Source of the DNA: Heteronotia binoei
Lineage: Eukaryota
Direction of reading: 5' to 3'
Assembly (NCBI RefSeq): GCF_032191835.1
Contig: NC_083232.1
Location: 56,854,001-56,918,000, forward strand
Length of the DNA stretch: 64,000 nucleotides
The notes under the pieces are model-generated. The model saw nothing but the letters and a program-made list of their open reading frames with translations. It did no database searches and was not told where the DNA came from. Position 1 is the first letter of the stretch, and each line of letters opens with the position of its first letter. Both the position numbers and the translations under genes were made by a program. Shown here piece after piece: positions 12,435-24,318 of this stretch.

Positions 12435-12599
12435 CTATCACCGATTGACCGGCTCTTCGGAGTCCTGGGTGACCGTGCCAACTTCCCCACTTCCTCCATG
12501 GGGGCCAGAAGAAAAATGATATGAATGTACAGTGAGGCGGCGGCCACGTGAGGGCGGCAGCCAATGGCAGCGCCTCCTGCCCAAGTTGCCCTGTGCCTT

Positions 12600-12866
12600 C
12601 CTGGTGATGGATCACCCGGGCGGTGGCATTTAAATTCCGAGCGCTCCTCCATCAAGGTGACGCGCCGCCACCTCCCCTCCCTCCCTCCCTCCCTCCCCCT
12701 GCCGACCGTCAACAGCGCGCGGGGGCTGCAGAGCCCAGCCAGAGAGGCAGCGTGTGGGAGCCCCGGCGCTCAGCCTCCGCCAGCACCACCAGCGGCAGCG
12801 GCAGCGGCGGCAGGCACAGAGCCGCCACCGGAGGGGGCTGCCCCTGGGCGGATGGAGGGCCAGCAG
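12600..12866 (+). ncRNA. HOTAIRM1: Probable HOTAIRM1 orthologue, exon 1 (5' end approximate)
   Basis: Divergent from the HOXA1 promoter. GTGATGGATCACC...GTGGCATTTAAATTCC...GCGCTCC...AGGTGACGCGC resembles the 5' end of human HOTAIRM1 as recalled; strong donor CAG|GTAAGC at 12866/12867. Confidence 0.6.
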
Positions 12867-14724
12867 GTAAGCGAGCGGACGTGGGCAGCTCCGGCGGCTG
12901 CGAGGGCGCCTCGCTCCCGGGACTCCAACCCCAGCCCCCGCGGGCTTGGACTTGCTCCCTTCCCCCGTGTCACAGGAGGGTTTGGGGCAGGGGCGGGGGG
13001 AGCTGCAGTGGCCGATGCGGGCTGGCGACCCCGCAAGAGTTAAAGGCGCTGCTTGGGTCAGCCTCTCGCGGCAGCAGCGATTTGCATGGCAATGAGGCTC
13101 TCGGCGAGGCTGCAGCGCCATTGTTGCAGCGGCGGGCTGCTGGGGCAGGGGGGGCTGCTGTCCGGCGGTAGGAATGCCTCCCGGGAATGGCGAGAAGGGG
13201 CTCCAGGAGAAAGCAGAGGGGACTCGGCCACTGCCTCGCCTGCCGCCGCAGCCGGGGCCACTCCGGCCTTCCCGCGAGATCCGTGGCAGCGCTGGCCAAG
13301 GTGGCCAAGGAAGCTTGCCCGGGTTCTCGCCAGCGCTTCTTCTGCCAAGCCCGCAGAGCGCCTGTGCAAACCCCCGCCGGCCTCTCCCTCCCCTTCACTT
13401 TCTCCCTCTCCCCCTCCCTCCTTTACAACCTTTGCTTGTTTCAGCGGCCTCTCCTCCACCACCCCCTCCCTTTCCCCACCCTTGGATCCTCCGCTCTGTT
13501 TCAAAACAGGCGATCTAGGGGGATGTGCGTCAAACTGGATGCCACGGCCGGCGGTTAAGGGGCGGGGACTGAGCAGAGGGGCGAGGGGGCCACAGCCTGC
13601 TTCTTGGTCATTGGGGTGCTGCTCTGGTTCCCAGCCGCGGGGGGGGGGGGTGAATGAGAGACCCGGCTGGCGGTGGGAGGAAGCCGCTTCCTCTAGTTTC
13701 TCTTGGCTCCTCCAGTCTCTTTTGTCCCAGGATATAAAGCCCGTTAGCCCGGTTCTCATCCCCTACACCCCAGAGAGTCACCCAGGATCTTATTGGGCTT
13801 ACAGCTGGAACATAGGATCTAACAGGGGTCAGCCCGCAGAGAACTTGGCAATTGGATAGAAGTTTAAATCTGTACAGAAACACGAGACTGGCAGAGAAGA
13901 TAAACTGCACAGTAGTGGGCATAAAACAGAAAAGACAAGAATGAGGAATGTGAACTTTCTGTTAAGGCGACTGAACTTCGTGTGTACATAGGCTGATTTC
14001 TACTCTCACCTATCCAGCATTATTTCCTCCATGAAAGACTGTAGCTCTATTATACTCATGCCTTTTTTTTTTTCGTGATCTCAGTAGATCAATAAAGGAA
14101 GCCCAAACTGTACAATTGTCCATTAAACTAGAATGTTGGTTTTATTATTTCCTAAAATGCTACCAATTTAGATCAGGCTGCCTCCTGAGTTGCTCTCAAC
14201 TTCCTGGGTCCTCTTGTCCTACAAAGGGATCAACAGCCACAACAATTCAGTCAGTTAAGCATTAAAACTGCAATTCTGTGAGCGCTAATTGGGTAAAAAT
14301 CCCCACTGAAATATGTTCAGTCTATAAAATTCACCTAACCCAATGGGACTTTGAAAAAAAGTTAGCTTTGACTGAGTCGTGTACATTCCCTCTTAGCTTC
14401 CTCGTCCTTATATTTCTACGTATTGGTAGGAGTATAAAAAGGTAAATGAATATAGGGGAAACATAAGTATGTCACCACTGACCAAGTTGATTTTCATGCA
14501 CGACTGCTTGGGCCTAAATCCCATAGATGTGAATGGAGTCATCACAAATTCAACAGCCTTAGGATAAGATAATAAATTGCTATTTATACGATTAAACTCA
14601 CCTATAGACTGAATGTTTCTATATCCCTATTCCAGACGAATGGTTGTATATTGCCTAGGACAATATTATATAAATATAGTTAAGAGTTAACTCTTTCACG
14701 TATTAACCAGAAAAAATGATAAAT

Positions 14725-14855
14725 NNNNNNNNNNNNNNNNNNNNNNNNNNNNNNNNNNNNNNNNNNNNNNNNNNNNNNNNNNNNNNNNNNNNNNNNNNNN
14801 NNNNNNNNNNNNNNNNNNNNNNNNNNNNNNNNNNNNNNNNNNNNNNNNNNNNNNN
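14725..14855. other. Assembly gap
   Basis: Run of N. Confidence 0.99.
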
Positions 14856-15789
14856 ATGAGTTCTCTCTTCCCTGATCGCCTCCCCTCCTTTCTTAAACGT
14901 TTCCCTTCCTCCGTTTCTCCGCCATTGTTCCGCCCCTTTTGTTGCATTGCTCCCCTTTTGTTATATTGTCTCTTGCCTAATGCTTTGCATTCTGAGGCCA
15001 ATACAATCCCTCGGGTTTCTAGAATAGCAAGAATTTACAGAATTGGGTGGGGGCAAGGACTGGGGCAGAGATCGAAATGTTGCCTCCGATGTCGAACCAC
15101 CCGAAGTTTCCATCCACCCGCACAGAGCCCGCAGTCCCCCTGCCCTGCCCGGTGTTTCCCAAACAGCCAGGCCTGCTCCTCGCTTTCCCCTCCCCCACCC
15201 TCCCCTACACCCGCCTTTGTTGTATCGGTTCATCTCGTTTTTTCTGAACCGGGAGAAGCCAGCGATGTAGCCCCCCACCCCACCCCGTCACAGGACATCA
15301 GGGAAAAAACCCAAATCTTCCTCCTCAGGCCTTTAAACTGAGAAAGAAGGGTTAGGCTTTTTGCTGTTGAAAGACAAGAAAACTCTAGAGCTTGTTTCAA
15401 TACCGAGAGGAAATCGACTGGGATAAGGGTGCGGGGTGAGTGTTTGTCTCTTGCTCTTTGAATACAACCCCCCTTCCCACGCTGCCTCCTCTGGAAACGA
15501 AAAAGCGCCCCCACTGCCCTCTCCCCCCATGCAACTCTACCTCTAGCTTGAAAGCAGGCAAAGCATCAAGTGGGGCGGGCGGGGGAGAGCAGAGGCCCGG
15601 GATTCCCTGCCGCACCTGAAGCTTAGCCAAGCTGTTGTTTTAACAGAGCAATAAAAATGAATTATGACTAACCGCCTTCTACTTAATGGTTTTAGACGGG
15701 GATCCCCAGCCCGAGCAAATACGTAAGAGGGTTTTTATTTGTGCATGTGTTCCTGCAATTGATCTCTTTGATGACATTCTCATTCACAG

Positions 15790-15900
15790 AACGCGTTTGA
15801 TTTATGAGTTTAGGAAGAATTGCATCCAATCCTTCCAGCTATTACCCACGCAGCTCAGCGCCACCCCACTTAGATGGGGTGCAAAGCAGGGAAGCAAACC
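15790..15900 (+). ncRNA. HOTAIRM1: Probable HOTAIRM1 orthologue, exon 2 start (3' end unknown)
   Basis: cacag|AACGCGTTTGATTTATGAGTTTAG|GAAGAATTGCATCCA: tandem acceptors (15789 and 15813) in a block resembling the human exon 2 start (recalled). Confidence 0.5.
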
Positions 15901-16830
15901 ACGATCAAAATAAACACAAAGGGAAGTAGGGAAACCGGTGCATGCAGAGCCCTGGCGGAGGCTCTACAGCCGTCTTCTTCTCTGGGCATCTAGACATTCA
16001 GGCGCGGGGAAGATGTTGCCTGCTGGCACCCGCAGCACACAGAGGGGCTGAGGCACACAAAGTAAACCGCATTTGGACATCTGAAAGCGGGTTCGAGAAC
16101 AGGCACGCAGCCCCAGTTAATAGCAGGGAACTCTCGGTTGTTGTTATAATTGGATCCCTTGTTCTGGTCTCCTGAAAGGTGAACTTGTTAGCCCAGTTTC
16201 CCCTTCTCCGTCCTTGAGTCCCCTTTCCTACAACCACCAGCTTTCGTTCTCTAACCCTTTTGTAAGGAACAGATAATTGAAAATATGTAAATTTTTCGTG
16301 CATTGTACAAATAATGATACTACTACTACTAATAATAATAATAATACTTTTTTCCTGATTTCCTCTCTCTTAGGTTTCTTGTTTCTGGATCTTTGGACGT
16401 CTGGGAAATCTTTGTGGGCATTTAAATGCTGGCTCCCTGCAACTTCCCTCCCTCCAGAGACATGGCAAAAGGAATAGATAGAAGCTTTCAATAATGGGAA
16501 AAGACATGTGCGCATTAAATTGCTGGTTGTTTGGCGCAGCCTGTAGATGCAAGCGCCTGTAACTTGCAAGGCAGACTAGTCGGCTTCTCGCCAAACATTA
16601 GTAAAAACCCCAAACCCTCAGGAACTCACAAGCACATAAGTTACAGCCTATAAAGATCTTAACTTGTTTCCGATCTTAGATTCTAATGTGTAAGTTGAGA
16701 GGGTGGACCCTTGGGGGGCATTTTTGTTTTTCTGTTGAGAACTTTGAAAATAAAATATTTGCAGGTGCTTACCCTGTAATAAATATATTTCTAATGAAAA
16801 AGGGCAGAGCTGGTGACCGAATTGTTTGGT

Positions 16831-16836
16831 TTTATT
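16831..16836 (-). terminator. Candidate HOXA2 polyadenylation signal
   Basis: AATAAA on the minus strand about 470 nt after the stop; another at 16928-16933. Confidence 0.45.
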
Positions 16837-17307
16837 GCGGAATTTAGGCTTGTGGGGGGGGGGGAGAATCCCTTGTGCATAAAGAGAGAGAGAGAGAGAT
16901 AAGGAAAGTGCTTGTAGCAAACAAGAATTTATTCTACCAAAAATACTTATGACAACGCATCCTAATGTCATACAAAAATAAAAAGAAAGTGAAGAGAGAG
17001 TTCGATACGATCACTTTCTTGCAGGCCTTATATATTGCTTTCACAGGAGGACCTAGAATGTGACTAGGTTATATTGAACACAACTAAAAAAAAAAGGGAA
17101 GTCATAGAAAAACGGCAAAAATGGCTCTCCAACACATTATATATCAAAAAGGGAAAGAATAAAAAAGAAAATACTGACCAGGAAAAGGGAAAGATATTAA
17201 ATCGAACCATCTTTTCCCTCGCTCTTTTTCCCCTCCCCCCAAAAAGAGGGGGGAAAGAAAGGAAAGAAAGATAGCATAACCCTTGGCGAGCGCAGGTCTG
17301 TCCTTTC

Positions 17308-18074
17308 TCAGTAATTCAGATGCTGCAAGTCAATTGTGGTGAGTGTATCTGTAAAAAAGTCAAAGCTGTCAGCTGAAATATCTACAGGACTGTCGAGGGA
17401 TCCTGGCAGACTGGGGGAGACGGCATCGGAGAGCTGTAGGCAGGAATCTGCGGAGAAAACGCTGAAGTCCTGCAAAGAAGGGACGTCCAGGGCCTCTGGG
17501 CTGTCATTGTTCAGGCCGGCTGCACAGTTCTGGGCCATTGTTGACAGGCAGTTGGGAACAGTGGGTGACTGGTGCTGAAAATGTTTCAAATTTTTCTCAT
17601 TGCTGGTTAAAGGCGAAACTGGGAAACTTTGGGAGTCTCCATTGTGGACAGACGGAACCTGCTGCTGTGCCAGGGCGTTCTGTTGAAAAGTGTAGCCTTC
17701 CCTTTCCAGAAGAGCGCCTGAGACATTGTTGAGGGCTTGCTCGAAGAGGGATTTCTCCTCCTCCTCTTCCTCCTCCTCCTCCTCCTCTTCTTCTTCGGCT
17801 TTCTCCGAGTCCTCTAAACCTTTGAATTTCCCGTCCACGTTCTGGTTCTCCTTGCATTGGGTCTGTCTCTTGTGCTTCATCCTTCGGTTTTGAAACCAGA
17901 CTTTGACTTGCCTCTCGGTCAGATCCAGGAGGGCGGCTATCTCCACCCTTCTTGGTCTGCAGAGGTACTTGTTGAAATGAAATTCCTTTTCCAGCTCCAA
18001 AAGCTGCGTGTTAGTGTAAGCAGTCCTCAGCCTCCTAGAACCACCGTTACCATTATCAGGGATTTCAAGAGATT
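17308..18074 (-). CDS. HOXA2: HOXA2 coding exon 2 (homeodomain)
   Basis: Acceptor ttttttacacag|AA at 18075/18074. [59 protein letters not shown]; C-terminus [10 protein letters not shown]. Spliced CDS 379+767=1146 nt, 381 aa. Confidence 0.98.
17333..17729 (-). promoter_or_regulatory. HOXA2 exon-2 embedded enhancer (rhombomere 2 type, Sox ACAAT motifs)
   Basis: Five minus-strand ACAAT motifs inside coding sequence (17333, 17506, 17537, 17641, 17725), consistent with the described exonic r2 enhancer. Confidence 0.65.
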
Positions 18075-18400
18075 CTGTGTAAAAAACAACAACAATCATG
18101 TAGACATCAAAAAGCGAAATCGGAGATTTGGAAATCTCCAGACATGTTGAGGAAGGGATGGTAGGAGAAAAGGAGGGGGGGGACAACTCAAACCCTCTCT
18201 CTTTCTCTGTAAAGCATAAAAATCTCAACTGCAACAAAATGGCCGCCCTTGAATGCAGTAAATCCATTGTTTTGCACTCTTGTGCGCCCGGTCCCTTGGA
18301 CCCCCTTTCTCCTGAGCTCAAGGCAACGCTTTACCTCCATCTCCCAACCTACCCATCCCCGAGCAAACTTTGATATTAGCCATACAACAATTTATAATTA

Positions 18401-18513
18401 ATGCATCAGCTGCTTAGCTGAGCAAGAGCAATCTATCACTCTTCATTACTGTCAAATATCCCAACTCTGGGACAGGGAGACAAGAGGAGGTCACCTCCAA
18501 CTCAAATAAATCA
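18401..18513 (-). promoter_or_regulatory. HOXA2 intronic Hox/Pbx + Prep/Meis enhancer (rhombomere 4 type)
   Basis: Minus-strand TGATTTAT (18506-18513), TGACAG (18449-18454), TGATAGAT (18431-18438) and TGATGCAT (18401-18408) clustered in the intron, the arrangement known for the Hoxa2 r4 intronic enhancer. Confidence 0.8.
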
Positions 18514-18747
18514 TCCCACGCTAAACAAGTTAGGGGAAAGAAACTTTGCTGGGGGGTGGGCTGGCGGTAGGGTTGGGGGGCTATTCTGATTTCTCTGGCT
18601 GTGGACCCCACCGGTTTGCTCTTCCTCCAGAAACCCAGTTCAAATCTCTTAAGTTGGGAAGCCGAGGACCGGCGTGGCGGGGAGGGGGGGGGGTGAAATG
18701 GGAAGCCCCTTGGAAGGCTGAATGTGCGGCAAAGTCTTTCAACTGAC

Positions 18748-19126
18748 CTTTGTGGCTCAGGCAAGCTGGTCCAGTGGCGGAGGCCGAAGACGGCGGCGGC
18801 AGGGCAGATTTCTTGGAGGCTTTTTTCTCCTTCATCCAGGGGTACTCCGGAGGCTGGAGAGCGCCGGCTGGCACAGGGCTGCCGCTGCTGCCATTGGGGC
18901 TGTGCTTGGGGCGGCCGCTGCTGCTGTGGCGAGGGTGGTTGCCTGGGTTCAGGCTGGGGATGGTCTGCTCAAAAGGAGGAGGAATCAGTGTCGAGTGTGA
19001 AAGCGTCGAGTTCTTGATTGATGAACTTTGAAATGTATCACCGACAGGGGGAAAAGATGTCAGGCACTCAGCGAGCGATGGCTGGCTATTGATAAAACCA
19101 ATCTCTCGCTCAAATTCGAAATTCAT
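18748..19126 (-). CDS. HOXA2: HOXA2 coding exon 1
   Basis: [24 protein letters not shown] from ATG at 19126; hexapeptide EYPWMKEKK; donor AAG|GTCAGT at 18748/18747 (phase 1). Confidence 0.97.
19015..19022 (+). promoter_or_regulatory. Exonic Hox-Pbx site in HOXA2 exon 1
   Basis: TGATTGAT within codons for SSIK; a Hox-Pbx responsive element is known in Hoxa2 exon 1. Exact correspondence not verified. Confidence 0.55.
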
Positions 19127-19284
19127 GGCCTTCAACTCGCAGCCCCCTTGGAGAAAAAGTTCCCTCTTATTTAGCGCTTCTGGGAGGGGGAGGGGGGAGC
19201 AAGGCCCAGGAAAGGGGGGGGGGGAGCGAGAGAGGGAGAGAAAGGAAGAGGGAGAGAGAGAGAAAAGGAAAAAAAATATCATAG

Positions 19285-19496
19285 NNNNNNNNNNNNNNNN
19301 NNNNNNNNNNNNNNNNNNNNNNNNNNNNNNNNNNNNNNNNNNNNNNNNNNNNNNNNNNNNNNNNNNNNNNNNNNNNNNNNNNNNNNNNNNNNNNNNNNNN
19401 NNNNNNNNNNNNNNNNNNNNNNNNNNNNNNNNNNNNNNNNNNNNNNNNNNNNNNNNNNNNNNNNNNNNNNNNNNNNNNNNNNNNNNNNNNNNNNNN
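19285..19496. other. Assembly gap over the HOXA2 leader/promoter
   Basis: Run of N starting 158 nt upstream of the HOXA2 ATG. Confidence 0.99.
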
Positions 19497-22400
19497 CATT
19501 GGGGGCCAGAAAGCCATTATTTACACTTTTTAAAGGGGGGTGGGTGGGGAGGCGGCTATCTGCCCAGTTCTTTCTCTCTCTCTCTCCCCTCTCGCCTCCT
19601 AATCTGGACGGATATCTGGGTGCGAGTGTGTGTTTGTGGTTGCCTTGTGGTAGTTGTGTGCTGCTGCTGCCGCCGCCGCCGAGCTCCTCCGTCGGGTGGG
19701 CTCCTTCCTGCCCCTTCTCCTCCAAGCACGCTCCTCTCTCATTGTTTGGGACTGTCAGGCAAGCGCTTTGCACCTCACAAATCATTTAAGCACCTCAATC
19801 TGACGCCTTGAGTCATTAACAAAGTAATCCATTACTCTTCAAAGTTTTGACACCACCGGCCCCCACATCTCAGACACGCTGGAAGTTGCACCCGGTCAGC
19901 GATGCCAAACAGTGGGGCTAGCCTGGATTTGCTTTTAACGCCCCCCCCCCACCAAATCAGGAATAACCACTTCCTTTTAGAAATAGGAGTGGGGTTCTTC
20001 CCCCACCCCTTTTACTTGCTCCCAACCTGGGATCTGGACGCCACCACCTCCCTTCCCGGTCAACTGGGTGTACAGTAGGGAAAACAATTGACCGCCGGTC
20101 CCTGCATCCAGCTATTGTGTCGAAGGAATTCCTTCCACAGCCTTTGGGCTCCAATGGGAAGAGGAACAGAACGCAGCCCGGCGGCTGGAGACTTTCCCCT
20201 GCAGTCGGCTTGACAGAGGTGGACGATCCAAACAGAGATATTTCCACTCGACCCGGGGACTGTAAAGAGGGGTTCCAGGAGGGGGGGGGGATCACAAAAC
20301 AACATCTAAAGCATTAACTAGATCACTGGAATCTGCTGACACATTGTGGTTAAGTAGCCTCAGCAAAGCTGGCCGGGGTATTTTCGATACCAATAAAATA
20401 TGTCAAAAGCCAATGCCTTTTTCTTTTATTAAAAAAAATGCTGCAAACGGCTGAAAGCCGACTAACCCTTTTTGTTCCACCCATATTATTAGGGGCACAC
20501 GACCCTCTCATTTGCTAGTTTAACCTGCCCACGATTTAGGGGAAAATATCTTTACAATAGCCCCCCCCCCAAAAAAGAAAAAGGTAAGGACAGAAAGGTG
20601 GAGAGACCTGGAGGCGAGGAGAAGAATCATAAGGCGGCGATGGAAACCAGACCGGCTTCCTCTTCTCCAAGGCAGAGGCCAGCAGTCCTATGATTTGGGG
20701 GAGAGAGCATTCTGGAAGGGGAGGGGGAGAGAGAAAGAAAACGAGGTGGCTCTATTTTTATATTTATGTATTCCAATGAAGCCAAAAGTGCATCCGCTAC
20801 CTTTGAGTCTATTTAGACTGCCGAGATGAATCGTGAGAATGGCTGGCAAGTGGTTAAGATAATAAACTGGTCATTATACAGCTAGCTTAAGTGAAACTGA
20901 CCCCCCCCCCCCCCAAAAAAAGCACCCATCGTTTTAGTTTTAAGCAAATAACACCTCCTCATAGGGATCACAGGTGGGGGAGGGGCTAGAATATTGTAAT
21001 ATTTGTAACCTAAAATGTAGATGGGGAGGTGGGGGTCATTTAATACTTCTTTAAGAGCTGTGGAAGGGGGAGGGAGGGAGGATGCCTTACAAATATACAT
21101 GCTGTTGGAGATGTTAGAGGGGTTTTAATTTTCTTGCTTTTACTCCAAACAAAGCTCCGCTGAAGCCTGGGCGCGATCAATCTTCCTGGCCAAACGCTTT
21201 GACAGCTTCTGGCCCTTAAGAACACATTTCAGGCTTCTTGCTCTTTCCTGCATCAAATGTGGCTGAGAAAAGAAGGGGGGAAAGAGAGAGAAAGAGCAAG
21301 AAACGCAAGTAAACAAGAGCTGTTTCTTCTTTTCCTCCTCCCTAAAAGGGATTTTAGTATTCAGGATGGGGACCTCAGCTCTTTCGGATGGCCCTAAAAC
21401 AGCGACCATCCTAGATTCCCCCCTCCCCTCTTTATTTCTGCCTAGACTATGAGGGCTGAAAGTGAAATGGACTAGAGGCGGGGGAGGTAACCCAAAAGGA
21501 GGAAAGGCAAGTGGGAAAGGGGGGGTTCAGTTCAGAAAGCCTTTGTAAGTCAAATCCGTGTGGGAGGGCTATTCCGAGCATTTTGTGGTGGGCTGTCTAA
21601 TAGAAAAAACACCTGGAACAAAGAATTTTTTTTCTATTGGGGTGCTCAACCAAACCAAACAAAAAAAATCATGCAAAAATACATTCTGAGACATAAACAA
21701 GAGTATACCTGCCTGCAGGGCTGCGTGGAGAAATCTTTTGCTGTTTAAAAAAAAAAATCAGAGGCGGATGAAATATTTGCTGCAGGAAGGGAAAGGCCTG
21801 AAGAGGTGCCTTTGCAAGAAGACAGAAAGGAGGACGCCGCTGCCTTTTCCTTGTCGGTCCTCTTTGGAAGGTGGGCTTCCTGTGCCCAGACCAGCTGCTT
21901 ACTCGCCCCTGATGCCTGCTAGAAGGCATCCTCTTTGGCATTGGTTTTGACGAGGGAAATATCCTCCATCATCCGCTTTCACTTCATCTTTCTCCAAAAG
22001 CGACATCTCGGAGCTTCACATTGATTTTTCCATCATAAGCCTCTTTTAAATATGATCACGTTTTAAAAAGGTTTCGGGCAACCCGTGCTCGTTTGGCAGC
22101 GCGCAGCAGTAGATATGAACGGAGCTTCCTCGGTGGAAGCAGGAAGGTATGTATAGAATGCCAAAGAATGCCGAAAAAATGTGTATTTGAACATTAGAAC
22201 TCGGTTTCATTTATTGGGGGCGATATTATTGGAACATGAAACCAGGACGATTCTTAGACGGAGGGAAAAGAGGACAGATCATATTTCAAAAAAGGAAACC
22301 AATATGGCGACATTTTTCTTGAGACAAAATTTTTTAAAAAGTAAAACATCTAGGAAAGTAGCATTGAACATCCTCAAGTCCCAGAATTCCAAAATCAATC

Positions 22401-23718
22401 GAAATTAAGAAATAATCTTCAAATCTTAAGGTCTCTTTTCTATCTGTGGGGAACAAACCAACCAATCTTTTTTCCAAGCCCTAAAAATTATCTTTGTTGG
22501 AAGGTTTCCTTAAGGCAGATCGGACCCCGGGGGTCCTTCTGGGAACAATTTTTCTAGAGATATAACCAAAGCTATAAGCAAAGTAGCTGTTTTCTTTCAA
22601 AAAAAAAAAAAGAAGGGAAAAAACCCACCCCCAAATCTCTGTCTCTAAGTGAAGAAGGAGTTCTCTTATCTCCCCTCCCCCACCCAATCTCGAAGGGGTG
22701 GGTGGGGGAGTGGGCTGCGAATTATATAAGCAAAATGTGCAAACTTATTATTATTTTCTTTTTAAAATCTCGGTTTCTGAAACAGTAGATGAAAGCAGCG
22801 CAGTCTGTGGAGAAAAGGACCGGGAGCAACCCCGGTCTCTTCTTCACCCCCGGGGAGGGCCTGCTCGCCTGGCGCACAGGCCTGATTTATGACTCCTGAA
22901 GGTCTTCCTTCAATCTGGAGATGACAGATTGCATTCTGCTTGGGAGCAAAGGCGTCCTGAATGCGTGCCATCCCAAATATGAGTCTACACCGGTCTCACT
23001 GTTATTCTTTGTTCTGCCGCCTTTTTCTTGCATTTCTGCCTTAAAAAAAAATCTATCCTTGTAAACAGTGACTGAATTGTCCACTTTGACCCCAGGAGGA
23101 AAAGTGTGGGTGTAAGAAGGCGCCGGGCCTTTTCCCAAGGTCTTCAGCGCGGAGGCGAGAAGAAGCTGCTTCCAGGGAACGGCTGCCCTTTCCCAGCAGC
23201 AGAAAGAGCCCAACATGGCGAAGGGAGAGGAGAACAGCCTGCAAGCGAGACCCAGCCAAAGCGGAGGCCTCCAGAGGAGACTCCCTCGCCAAAGCGGCTG
23301 CACCTGAGCTCCAGATACCGGCTGTACCACCGATTCTTGGTGAAAGCTGCAGGGCCCAAAAAGGACAAGAAGAAAACGCTGCACTGCCTGTAGCTGGATC
23401 TTTTTAAAAATAAATATCTATATACATATTAGAACTCTGTAAATCCTCAGCTATGGTCGCAAAGGGCCGACGCATCTTGGATATTTCCAGTGGCCTGTTG
23501 TTTGCAACAGACGAGTGCTTATTTAAGGCTTGGGAGCCCAACCAAAGCAACTGGGAAGAACTGAAGGACCGCTACCGGGGCGGGGGGTGGGGGGGAGGGT
23601 TACGTATTCAGAAGCTGAACTGACAGGATCGGCCGCTGCCTTCTGCTCTCTCTTCTGCAACCTCCTCTTTTAAAGGCAAAGGATCGTATCTGAACTCTGT
23701 ATTATTCAGAATAAAAAC

Positions 23719-23724
23719 TTTATT
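23719..23724 (-). terminator. Candidate HOXA3 polyadenylation signal
   Basis: AATAAA on the minus strand about 890 nt after the stop; another at 23884-23889. Confidence 0.45.
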
Positions 23725-24310
23725 ATTATTTTTTCAGAATGTGAGCAGCAAGGAATGTATAATTTTCAAAACAAATTTAGGTGTTTTTTTTCTTGTTCAT
23801 GTTTACACATTTCCCGTTTAGTTTGATGTTACAGACATCCGGTTTTTTTGTTCCTATGGCAGCTAGTTGTTTGCTTTCCAGATTTTATTGCATTTTCTTT
23901 TTTTAAATAAAGGAGTTCTCTTTTCCTTTTCAAATGATATACCCTACGTATGCTATCTAACATACAGTCAGGTAAATATCTCCTGAATATTCAGGGTACA
24001 GTTTTTTTTTTTAATATCTTTATATATATAAATATGAACAGATGGGGATAAATAAAAAATTTAAACACTTAGATTATTCAAAGTTTGCAAAAAATATAAA
24101 TAAATCTGAATGTTCACCAGCATACACACGTTGAAAGACGTACACGTATTAATATTTTCACCCAGGGAGCCCCTGTTCAAGCGCCTTTGATTTCTCTCTC
24201 GCTATTTAAAAGAAGTGCAATTAAAATAAAAATGCTTCCCCAGTTGGGATCAATTCTGTACGAACAAATTCACATTTAAGAACCGTTTGGATAGAAAAAA
24301 TTTGTTCATA

Positions 24311-24318
24311 TACCCTGT
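24311..24318 (-). promoter_or_regulatory. miR-10 8mer site, HOXA3 3'UTR
   Basis: Minus strand ACAGGGTA, complementary to the miR-10 seed; HOXA3 is an established miR-10 target. Confidence 0.8.

Noticed and set aside
12543-12558. CTCF-like motif CCACGTGAGGGCGG at the HOXA1 promoter
   Set aside because: Mismatch at a core CTCF position; better explained as an E-box plus GC box.
13053-13859. 268-aa and 233-aa opposing ORFs between HOXA1 and HOXA2
   Set aside because: CpG-island sequence with few stop codons; low-complexity products, non-ATG start for the plus ORF, no family resemblance.
16770-16777. miR-10 8mer match near HOXA2
   Set aside because: Lies downstream of both candidate polyA signals, so probably outside the main UTR; it also overlaps a donor-like word.
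19760-20540. HOXA2 Krox20-dependent r3/r5 enhancer
   Set aside because: Expected in this interval and partial motifs exist (CCCCCACA, GCCCACG, TGTCAAAAGCC), but I could not place the sites with confidence.
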